From assembly GCA_017443465.1 (NCBI GenBank), contig JAFRXO010000067.1, forward strand, positions 9,467-73,466: 64,000 bases of DNA, given 5' to 3'. Of the stretch, positions 50,604 to 58,964 are shown piece after piece. The notes under the pieces are model-generated. The model was not told the origin of the DNA, did not search any database, and worked only from the letters and a program-made list of their open reading frames with translations. The position numbers were made by a program, and so were the translations under genes. Position 1 is the first letter of the stretch; every line of letters starts with the position of its first letter. The DNA is from Bacteroidales bacterium (GTDB lineage: Bacteria; Bacteroidota; Bacteroidia; Bacteroidales; UBA932).

Positions 50604-51306
50604 GAGACTGATCGGCCTGGACCTTGACGGAACGCTGACCCAGCACCGCAGTCCGCTCAGCCCGGAGGCCCGGGCACTGCTGGATGAACTCGGATCCAGG
50701 TACAAGATTGTGATGGTAGGGGCCGGGAACGCCCCCCGAATCTACCATCAGATGGAAGAGTATCCCATTGACATAATAGCGAATTACGGGATGCAGGAAA
50801 GCCGCATCATCGACGGGATATTTACCATCATACGGGACGACAAGGTCATTCCTGACAAGGAGTTTTTCATGAGGGAATGCAGCCGTCTCCGCGAGAAATA
50901 CGGCTACACTTCATATGTCGGCGATCCCCTGGAATTCCATGAAAGCGGGATGGTTACATTCCCTCTGCTCGGAACCGGGGCCGCTATTGAGGATAAGTTG
51001 GTTTTCGATCCGGACCGCAGGAAACGCCATGTCCTCTATCCTGAGGTGATAGAGGTTTTCAAGGACTATTCGGTCTTCGTCGGGGGCTCTTCGTCGTTCG
51101 ACATCACTCCGGCGCAGTACAACAAGTTCGACGCTATGGTCCGGTACGGCTGCGAGAACGATTATTCGGTTGAGGAGATGCTATACGTGGGCGACGACTT
51201 CGGTGAAGGAGGCGGCGACAGCCACATCCGTCTCGGAGGGATGGATTATATCCAGATCGAAGATTACCGCCAGGCTCCTTCGCAGCTCCAATTCCTGCTG
51301 GACTGA
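50590..51306 (+). CDS. HAD-IIB hydrolase (phosphomannomutase-like)
   Basis: DLDGTLT, GGSSSFDI, NK, YVGDD...GGGD. Confidence 0.82.
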   Translation: MKHTKRLIGLDLDGTLTQHRSPLSPEARALLDELGSRYKIVMVGAGNAPRIYHQMEEYPIDIIANYGMQESRIIDGIFTIIRDDKVIPDKEFFMRECSRLREKYGYTSYVGDPLEFHESGMVTFPLLGTGAAIEDKLVFDPDRRKRHVLYPEVIEVFKDYSVFVGGSSSFDITPAQYNKFDAMVRYGCENDYSVEEMLYVGDDFGEGGGDSHIRLGGMDYIQIEDYRQAPSQLQFLLD

Positions 51307-51314
51307 TTGGACTG

Positions 51315-51394
51315 TCCGGACCGGGGACCATATGGCTCCTGCACCTAAAGGTGCCCTGTACGGGAAAATGTCGCCATATGGTCCCCGGTCCGGA
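51315..51394. repeat. 80-bp palindromic element (perfect 22-bp arms, internal GCACC-TAAA-GGTGC hairpin)
   Basis: tccggaccggggaccatatggc (51315-36) / gccatatggtccccggtccgga (51373-94) between convergent stops. Confidence 0.85.
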
Positions 51395-51400
51395 GAAGGA

Positions 51401-52420
51401 TCAGTGGAAGAGCACCTTACAGACTGAAAGATTGTAGTTTCCGTCTTTCGTAGCCTTTCCCTGGTAGAACAGCCAGACACTTCCGTCTTCGTCCTGGAAG
51501 ACACCCGGGTGACCGCTCTCTCCGGCATTCCATGTGCCCGGAGCTCCGTTGGTATAAAGGAGTCCGTTGGGTTCTATGCGCTGGTAGTTGTACCCGTCCT
51601 TGGAGGTCGCCAGCCCGATCATCTGGAGTTCATGATTGTAGGCTCCTGCGTAGAACATGTACCAGAGTCCCTTATGCTTTATAACGGTAGGGGCCTCGAT
51701 GCAGTGCTGTTCCCAGGGGAAATCGGGCTTGAAGAAGGGCTCGTCAACTGACAGGAGGGTCCATTTGTCCGGGCCGTAGTCGCTGCCGTAAGGAGCCTCG
51801 GCCATTCCCAGCATCTGGACCGTCTGGGTGGTCTCGCGGGTGGCGAACATCAGGATCATCTTGTTGCCTACGCGATACACTTCAGCATCGATCGAGCGGT
51901 CGATTGACCACTTGGTGGAAGGTACAATAATGGGCTCGTCGAAGGTGTTGGTGAAGGTTATGCCGTCCTTGCTGACAGCATGCCATATGTTATTGTTGTT
52001 GTGTGCGGGTCCCCAGCGGCGCTGGTAGAACATATGTATCTGTCCGTCAATTACTTTGACGCATGGTGCGACTCCGCCCCATATGGGGTTTCCCTTGGTG
52101 TCGCGAAGGTCGAGTTCACCGACGCGGAACCAGTGGACTAGGTCGCGGCTTTCCGCTATTCCCGAATGCCATCCTTTTCTCTCGGGGGTAGCACCTTCCG
52201 GAACCCTGTCTCCGGTGTATGAAGTGATGGAATAGTACATGAGGTACCTGTCACCGTTGCGGATTACGGTAGGGTCTTTGGCGAACGGCTCTCCCGTCCT
52301 GGATGCGTCGCCGTACTGCATTTCGTCCATCGGGATGAGTTCAACCGTAGCGGGAGTTGCGGCATTTCTCTGGCATGCCGCGGCTGCGATGATAGCAAGG
52401 GATAGTAAAATCTTTTTCAT
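51401..52420 (-). CDS. Five-bladed beta-propeller glycoside hydrolase lipoprotein (GH43-like)
   Basis: Start MKKILLSLAIIAAAAC; KDPTV, IDAEV, IEAP acidic triad. Confidence 0.75.
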   Translation of the reverse strand: MKKILLSLAIIAAAACQRNAATPATVELIPMDEMQYGDASRTGEPFAKDPTVIRNGDRYLMYYSITSYTGDRVPEGATPERKGWHSGIAESRDLVHWFRVGELDLRDTKGNPIWGGVAPCVKVIDGQIHMFYQRRWGPAHNNNNIWHAVSKDGITFTNTFDEPIIVPSTKWSIDRSIDAEVYRVGNKMILMFATRETTQTVQMLGMAEAPYGSDYGPDKWTLLSVDEPFFKPDFPWEQHCIEAPTVIKHKGLWYMFYAGAYNHELQMIGLATSKDGYNYQRIEPNGLLYTNGAPGTWNAGESGHPGVFQDEDGSVWLFYQGKATKDGNYNLSVCKVLFH

Positions 52421-52430
52421 GATAGTTATT

Positions 52431-52474
52431 ATAGTCTTTCTGCAAAAATATAATACTTTTGTGTAAAAGACTAT
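52431..52474. promoter_or_regulatory. Symmetric divergent promoter region
   Basis: TATTTTTG (minus, 52443-50), TACTTTTG (plus, 52454-61), flanked by ATAGTCTTT/AAAGACTAT inverted repeat. Confidence 0.6.
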
Positions 52475-52478
52475 CGCT

Positions 52479-54815
52479 ATGAGAATAATACGGATCATTG
52501 CCGCGGTGGCGCTGTTTTTCGTGGCATCGACACTTTCCGCCCAGCAGAGAAAGACATCCGAGGCTGTGTGGACATGGCACGAAGGCGTGGCCATCCCCAT
52601 GCCACCCATGGAACACCCCAGGCTCTACATCCGTCCATCCGGCCTGGAGGACCTGAAAGCAAGGGTCGAGACCCCGGAAGGGAAGAAGATAATATCCAGG
52701 CTTACAGCTCTTTCCGTCGACAGGACTCCTGAAGAAGAGGCGTCCGAGACTGACCATGGATTCCGGTATTATTTCAAGATGCGAGGGCTGACCAGCAAGG
52801 TCCAGCTCCAGGCCCTGGACTATCTCCTTACCGGGAACAGGAAGGAGGCGCGCTCAGCCATCACATCCCTTTTGGATTCGCTCCGCAATTGTTCGTTCGG
52901 CACGAAGCAGGACCTTTCCCGTGCCAGCGGGGTCATGCTCATGGTCGGTGCGATAGTATATGACTGGTGCTATCCGGAATTTACCGCCGCGGAAAGGGAG
53001 GCATATGTAAAAGAGTTCATCAGGATAGCGGGCCGGATGGAGTGCGGATATCCTCCTAAGGGGGATGAGACCGTAGCGGGACACCTTTGCGAATGGATGG
53101 TGCTGAGGGATATGCTCTCGGCAGGCATCGCGGTGTACGATGAGTATCCCGATATGTACAATCATGCGGCGAAGATGATCTATGAGAGCTATATCCCTGT
53201 GAGGCGGTATTTCTATGCAGGGCACAATTACCATCAGGGAACAAGCTATGCAAATGTGCGTCTGACCAACGATTTCCTCTCGCTGTGGATCCTTGACAGG
53301 ATGGGCGCTGGGCAGATATATGGCGACGACATGAAGTTCATGATGTACGACCTCATCTACCGGCTCAGGCCTGACGGGCAGGTGCTCCCGGCTGGAGACG
53401 TGAACCATAACAGACGCTCGCCGAATACATTCCAGAATCCTATGATGCTGGCGTCCAGCTATTTTCATGATCCTTACCTGGCCGCCCAGTTCGAGAGGAA
53501 TCCTGTTGTGGAGCCTCATTGCCTTATCTTTGAACTGCTATGGAGGGATTTCTCCCTGAAGGGAAAGGCTCCGGATGACCTGCCCCTGACTATGTACAGC
53601 GGCACTCCGTACGGCTGGATGGTGGCCCGTACCGGGTGGGACGACAGCAGCGTGATCGCCGAGATGAAGGTGAATGAGAAGTTCCCCGGCAACCATCAGC
53701 ATGCCGACGGAGGGGCCTTCCAGATTTACTACAAGGGTCCTCTTGCGATTGACTCCGGTTTCTACCAGGGACTGAAAGGAGGATACAACAGCCAGAACAA
53801 CAAGAACTACACTAAGCGTACGATAGCCCACAATTCGCTTTTGGTTTACGATCCGGATGAAGTGTTCCCGATCTGGAACTATGGCGGAGAGGACAAGACG
53901 GAATTCGCGGCGAATGACGGCGGCCAGAGGCTTCCCGGGGAGAAATGGAGGACATGCCGGACATATGAGGAGCTTATGACTGATGAATTCGCAGTGGGCC
54001 AGGTACTTGCGCACGGTTTCGGACCCGATCCGAAGGTTCCGGACTACACTGTCCTGAAAGGGGACATCACCAGGGCATACTCTTCCAAAGTCAAGGAGGT
54101 GAAGAGATCGTTCGTGTTCCTGAATCTCCATGATGGGAAAATCCCGGCTGCTATGATAGTATTTGACAAGGTGGTTTCATCCAATCCCGCTTTCAAGAAA
54201 TTCTGGCTGCTCCACAGCATTGAGGAGCCCCAGGCCGACGGGAGTTCTTTTACCGTCAGGAGGACGAAGAACGGGGATTCAGGCCGTCTTCAGTGCGACG
54301 TGCTTCTGCCTGCCGCGGACAATCTGAAACTCTCAAAGGTAGGAGGGGAAGGGCATGAATATGAAGTGTTCGGAGTGAATTATCCGGATGTGCAGAAGGC
54401 TCCAGACGATGCAGGCGAGTGCGGTAGCTGGAGGGTGGAGCTTTCTCCCCTGAAACCCGCGGCGGAGGATGTTTTCCTCAATGTGATGCAGATTGCCGGA
54501 CAGGGAGATGATAAACTTCCTTCAGCGAAATATTTCAAGGGCTCCGGTTCCGGGAAGTCCGGACCGTCCGGTCTGGCCGGCGCCCTGGTGGCCGGCAGGG
54601 CTGTGACATTCAGTCTCGACGGAGGGATGCTTTCGCAGGCCGCTTTCGTGCTTCCGAAGGGAGCTCCGAGGTATAAGGTCCTGGTGACCGACCTGGAATA
54701 CGGGACATATGTAGTCAAGACCAGCGCGGGCAGTTCTACGGTGGAGGTTTCCGGCGCGGATCATGCGGCTTGGTTCGAAGCCGCTCCCGGTAAAGTGTCC
54801 ATATGGCGCATTTAG
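52479..54815 (+). CDS. hepB: Heparinase II (PL21)
   Basis: HPRLY, GHxxEWM, HQGTSYANVR, NHQHADGGAFQIYYKGPLAIDSG, HNSLLVYDP match the Pedobacter heparinase II catalytic His/Tyr/His contexts. Confidence 0.88.
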   Translation: MRIIRIIAAVALFFVASTLSAQQRKTSEAVWTWHEGVAIPMPPMEHPRLYIRPSGLEDLKARVETPEGKKIISRLTALSVDRTPEEEASETDHGFRYYFKMRGLTSKVQLQALDYLLTGNRKEARSAITSLLDSLRNCSFGTKQDLSRASGVMLMVGAIVYDWCYPEFTAAEREAYVKEFIRIAGRMECGYPPKGDETVAGHLCEWMVLRDMLSAGIAVYDEYPDMYNHAAKMIYESYIPVRRYFYAGHNYHQGTSYANVRLTNDFLSLWILDRMGAGQIYGDDMKFMMYDLIYRLRPDGQVLPAGDVNHNRRSPNTFQNPMMLASSYFHDPYLAAQFERNPVVEPHCLIFELLWRDFSLKGKAPDDLPLTMYSGTPYGWMVARTGWDDSSVIAEMKVNEKFPGNHQHADGGAFQIYYKGPLAIDSGFYQGLKGGYNSQNNKNYTKRTIAHNSLLVYDPDEVFPIWNYGGEDKTEFAANDGGQRLPGEKWRTCRTYEELMTDEFAVGQVLAHGFGPDPKVPDYTVLKGDITRAYSSKVKEVKRSFVFLNLHDGKIPAAMIVFDKVVSSNPAFKKFWLLHSIEEPQADGSSFTVRRTKNGDSGRLQCDVLLPAADNLKLSKVGGEGHEYEVFGVNYPDVQKAPDDAGECGSWRVELSPLKPAAEDVFLNVMQIAGQGDDKLPSAKYFKGSGSGKSGPSGLAGALVAGRAVTFSLDGGMLSQAAFVLPKGAPRYKVLVTDLEYGTYVVKTSAGSSTVEVSGADHAAWFEAAPGKVSIWRI

Positions 54816-55735
54816 GTGAAATCATATCGCTTGTAGTCGCGGTCTTCTGGACTGCGACCGCCCTGTGTGCGGATGAGGCCAGCCACCGCATAGGTTCGAT
54901 GACGGTAAACGTCATCCGCCTCTGCCTGGCTTCGGTGTTCCTTGGTGCTCTCCTGTGGATTACTATCGGTCATCCCTATCCTCTGTATGCCGACGGCAAG
55001 ACGTGGTTCTGGCTAGCTCTCTCTGCTGTGGCAGGCTATCTTTTCGGGGACTGGTGCCTGTTCAATTCCTATCTCGTGATAGGAGCCCGTTTCGGGCAGC
55101 TGTTCATGACCCTGGCACCTCCTTCGGCTGCCCTCGCCGGCTGGGTGATGCTGGGGGAGTCAATGACCTGGAAGACAGCTCTCGCCATGGTGGTAACTCT
55201 CAGTGGTATAGCTATTTCCATCCTTAGCCGCGGCCAGGGGCACTTTGTCAAGCTTTCACTCCCCCTGAAGGGAATCCTGCTCGGAATAGGAGCCGGAGTC
55301 GGACAGGGAGTCGGACTTGTCCTGAGCAAGATAGGCATGCAGTACTATTCACAGGCTCTCCCTGCCGAAGTGCCCGGGGCTATGGAAACGATGATGCCTT
55401 TCGCTTCAACTATGATCAGGGCAATCGTCGGAGGCGCCGGGTTCCTGCTCATAATGTGGCTCAGCGGCCGGATAGGGGACCTTGTCAAGGCGGCCCACAA
55501 CCGGGCAGGCCTTGCATATGCCAGCCTTACCACCCTTTTCGGCCCTGCGCTCGGAGTGTCGCTGTCGCTGATGGCGGTGCGGTATGCCGATGCGGGAATC
55601 GCATCTACTCTCATGGCACTGACCCCTGTCCTCATAATCGTTCCATATGCAATTATCCACAAGCAGAAGATTAGGTTCAAGGAGGTCTTGGGAGTTGTGG
55701 TCAGCATGGTGGGAGTTACTATGTTCTTTCTCTGA
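54803..55735 (+). CDS. DMT/EamA family transporter
   Basis: Two EamA-like repeats, about 10 TM segments. Confidence 0.85.
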   Translation: MAHLGEIISLVVAVFWTATALCADEASHRIGSMTVNVIRLCLASVFLGALLWITIGHPYPLYADGKTWFWLALSAVAGYLFGDWCLFNSYLVIGARFGQLFMTLAPPSAALAGWVMLGESMTWKTALAMVVTLSGIAISILSRGQGHFVKLSLPLKGILLGIGAGVGQGVGLVLSKIGMQYYSQALPAEVPGAMETMMPFASTMIRAIVGGAGFLLIMWLSGRIGDLVKAAHNRAGLAYASLTTLFGPALGVSLSLMAVRYADAGIASTLMALTPVLIIVPYAIIHKQKIRFKEVLGVVVSMVGVTMFFL

Positions 55736-55753
55736 AAATAGCAGGAATTAAGT

Positions 55754-55761
55754 TATATTTG
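55754..55761 (+). promoter_or_regulatory. -7 promoter box
   Basis: TATATTTG upstream of DUF362 gene. Confidence 0.5.
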
Positions 55762-55784
55762 TTTTGTACCAGAAAGGAAATAAT

Positions 55785-56924
55785 ATGGATAATAAAATCT
55801 CTAAGGTCTATTTTACTGACTTCAGGACCCGTAGCGGAGGAGAGAATCTCCCTGCAAAGCTGAAAAGGCTCGCGCGTTTCGCCGGAATCGGAGACATCGA
55901 TATGGACGGAAAGTTCGTGGCCATCAAGATGCATTTCGGGGAATATGGTAATATAAGCTATCTTCGCCCGAACTATGCCGCTGCCATAGTGGAGCTGGTA
56001 AAGGAGATGGGCGGAAAGCCTTTCCTGACCGACTGCAACACAATGTATCCCGGGATGAGGAAGAATGCCCTGGAGCATCTGGAGTGCGCCTGGAAGAACG
56101 GATTCACCCCCTTGTCGGTCGGATGCCCCGTCATTATCGGAGACGGACTCAAAGGTACTGACGACATAGGGGTGCCTGTAGAAGGTGGAGTTTACACTAA
56201 GGAAGCCAGGATAGGCCGCGCCATAATGGATGCCGATGTGTTCATCAGCCTTACCCATTTTAAGGGCCATGAGATGACCGGGTTCGGGGGCACGATAAAG
56301 AATATAGGCATGGGATGCGGATCCCGTGCAGGGAAGACTGACCAGCATTCGAACGGAAAGCCGGTGATAGATCCGTCGCTTTGCCGCGGATGCCGCAGGT
56401 GCCAGAGGGAGTGCGCCAACGGAGGACTGGAATTCGATGAGGCGGCCCGTAAGATGTCTGTCAATTATGACAATTGTGTCGGATGCGGCCGTTGTCTGGG
56501 GGCCTGCAACTTCGATGCGATCGATTTCTCGCAGGACCAGGCCATTCCCATCCTGAATGCCAAGATGGCGGAGTACACCAAGGCCGTGGTAAGCGGACGC
56601 GATAATTTCCATATGTCCCTGATAGTCGATGTTTCTCCCTATTGCGACTGCCACGCCGAGAATGACGCTCCGATACTTCCCGACATCGGGATGTTCGCAT
56701 CATATGACCCGGTCGCCCTGGACCAGGCCTGCGCTGACGCCTGCCTGAAGGCGGAACCGCTGAGGGATTCAGTGCTTGGAGACCATATGCATGCTGAGGG
56801 ATTCACGGATCACCATGACCATTTCAAGAACACTACTCCTGAATCCGAGTGGCAGACCCAGTTGAGCCATGGGGAGAGGATCGGCCTTGGAACCCGTAAA
56901 TATGAGTTAATTACGATGAAATAA
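55785..56924 (+). CDS. DUF362 domain protein with 2x[4Fe-4S] ferredoxin
   Basis: AIKMHFGE, LTHFKGH..TGFGG.IKN, CRGCRRC..EC, CVGCGRC...C, CDC. Confidence 0.88.
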   Translation: MDNKISKVYFTDFRTRSGGENLPAKLKRLARFAGIGDIDMDGKFVAIKMHFGEYGNISYLRPNYAAAIVELVKEMGGKPFLTDCNTMYPGMRKNALEHLECAWKNGFTPLSVGCPVIIGDGLKGTDDIGVPVEGGVYTKEARIGRAIMDADVFISLTHFKGHEMTGFGGTIKNIGMGCGSRAGKTDQHSNGKPVIDPSLCRGCRRCQRECANGGLEFDEAARKMSVNYDNCVGCGRCLGACNFDAIDFSQDQAIPILNAKMAEYTKAVVSGRDNFHMSLIVDVSPYCDCHAENDAPILPDIGMFASYDPVALDQACADACLKAEPLRDSVLGDHMHAEGFTDHHDHFKNTTPESEWQTQLSHGERIGLGTRKYELITMK

Positions 56925-58957
56925 TGAAAAAATGGTTTGCGGGCATCGCGGCTTTTGCGGTGCTGGTGTGTGGCGGATGTCAGGGAACCGGGAGTTCCTC
57001 CCAGGCAGGTGGAAATGCTGAAGCTGCGGATGACGGCTTCAGGATGATGATACGCCTTTGGCCCATGCATCATGACGACCCGGCACTGACGGACCAGCTG
57101 ATAGGGGCCCTGAAGAAATATGACTTCTGTGACGAGATCTGGCTGTGTTCCAACGATCCGATGAGCCATGCGATATCGTGGCATGAACCCCATGCGAAAG
57201 CTGCGGGCGTCGCGGCAGGGAAGTTCCGTGATGCAGGCATCATCCCTTCGATGCAGGCCGTTTTCCTCGGGCACGGGGATGGGACGATCGTGGGGTCATA
57301 TAACGGACCAGTTAAGGACTCTACAATCCACTGGGGAACCATGGTCGGGCCGGATGGAAGCGTCTGCATGACTGTAAACTGCCCCAGGCAGCCGGAGTAC
57401 CTGGCATATATGGAAAAGGCGGTCATGCCATATGCCGAGGCGGCTCAGCCCTACAGCCTTTACATTGACGATGACCTGAGGATCACACAGCATCCGCCTG
57501 CATCTTCAGGCTGCTTCTGTGACCTTTGCATCGGGCTTTTCAATAAGGAATACGGCCATTCTTTTTCCCGGGCTTCCCTTGTCGAGGCCCTGAAGTCCAA
57601 CGCGGATGGCGGAACGGTCCGGCGAGAGTGGATTGCCTTCAGCCAGGAAAGCCTGGCCGGGATAGCGAGGGCAGTCGCCCGCGGCGTCCACAAGGTGTCG
57701 CCCCGGACACGGATGGGCCTTCAGCATGCCAATTTCCATCACAAGCTTCTGGAAGGATGGGACTGGAATCCCATATTCAAGGCGATGGAGGAGGAGACCG
57801 GGCTCACTCCGGTTTCCCGCCCGGGACATGGTTTCTATGCCGATCACGAGCCCCGTGGCATGATACAGAAGGGTCTGGGGATTGCACGTCAGATCCGCAG
57901 GTTGGATCCCGGCATTACCGAAATCGCTCCTGAAATCGAGGGTTATGAGCATAAGGCCACAGGGAAGTCCCCGAAGTCTATCTGTGTCGAGACCATGTAT
58001 TACCTCTCGATGGGAGCGACCCAGATGAGTTATGCTATCATATGCGCGGCAAACGAACCTCTTTCATGGTACGCGGATAATTATTTCAAGGCCCTTTCTG
58101 AGTGGAAACCTTTTGCAAAGGAGTACGCTGCTTTCAACAAGGGGACGCATCCCGCGGGAATAGATCCGTATATCAGTCCTTCTTTGGTCTGCAGGGATGT
58201 AGAACCGGGTGAGGGTCCCTGGGCATGGTCGGTTACCAGGGCCGGAGATCAGGCTTTCCCTCTGGTCGCCCTCGGTTTCCCGTTCGCACCGGAAGCAGAG
58301 AAACCCATTGTGAGGATGATTGACGAGGAGTTGGTCCGCGGACTGGGTGACGAGGAACTGTCGGCCTTGCTCAACGCAGGTGGTGTAGTTGCGGATAGGA
58401 ATTCGTGGAAACGTCTGGTTGATAGGAAATTGGTTGGTAGATTCCAGTCGGTTGAGGCTCCGGAGCGAGAGGTTGCAGGCGATCTGGAAGATGCTTCTGT
58501 GTACGGAAACGGGAAGTATTCCAAAGCCCTTTCACACATCCTGTTCTATGAGAAAGACGGAGCCAGGATAGCTGTCGTTCCATCTTTCTCGGATGACGTA
58601 AACGGGGCGTCCCGCCTGGCAATGCTGCATGCGTTCGACTGGGCTTCCGGTGACAGGCTCCCCGCGGTGCTCGAGAGTTTTGCTCAGTCTGCGGTGATAC
58701 CCCGCTCTGACAGCGAGGGCCGGCTCAGGTCTGTCGCTATCATGAATTGCAGCATTTCCGATCAGGATGGCTATCTGCTCCGTGTACGCACAGGAGATCC
58801 GGATAATGTCCGTGCATATGAATTCATATGGAAAAAACGCGGGCAGAAAGATGTCAGGCTGGAGCCCAGGTATGATGGGGGAGACGTTCTGCTGGACATT
58901 CCGATGCTTGAAGGCTGGGATTTCGGCTGGATCGCAGTACTACCTTCCAGGAAGTAG
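56924..58957 (+). CDS. Large hypothetical lipoprotein, possible glycoside hydrolase-like fold
   Basis: Lipobox CGGC; IDDDLR, GCFCDLC, EIE motifs. Confidence 0.6.
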   Translation: MKKWFAGIAAFAVLVCGGCQGTGSSSQAGGNAEAADDGFRMMIRLWPMHHDDPALTDQLIGALKKYDFCDEIWLCSNDPMSHAISWHEPHAKAAGVAAGKFRDAGIIPSMQAVFLGHGDGTIVGSYNGPVKDSTIHWGTMVGPDGSVCMTVNCPRQPEYLAYMEKAVMPYAEAAQPYSLYIDDDLRITQHPPASSGCFCDLCIGLFNKEYGHSFSRASLVEALKSNADGGTVRREWIAFSQESLAGIARAVARGVHKVSPRTRMGLQHANFHHKLLEGWDWNPIFKAMEEETGLTPVSRPGHGFYADHEPRGMIQKGLGIARQIRRLDPGITEIAPEIEGYEHKATGKSPKSICVETMYYLSMGATQMSYAIICAANEPLSWYADNYFKALSEWKPFAKEYAAFNKGTHPAGIDPYISPSLVCRDVEPGEGPWAWSVTRAGDQAFPLVALGFPFAPEAEKPIVRMIDEELVRGLGDEELSALLNAGGVVADRNSWKRLVDRKLVGRFQSVEAPEREVAGDLEDASVYGNGKYSKALSHILFYEKDGARIAVVPSFSDDVNGASRLAMLHAFDWASGDRLPAVLESFAQSAVIPRSDSEGRLRSVAIMNCSISDQDGYLLRVRTGDPDNVRAYEFIWKKRGQKDVRLEPRYDGGDVLLDIPMLEGWDFGWIAVLPSRK

Positions 58958-58964
58958 CCTGGTG

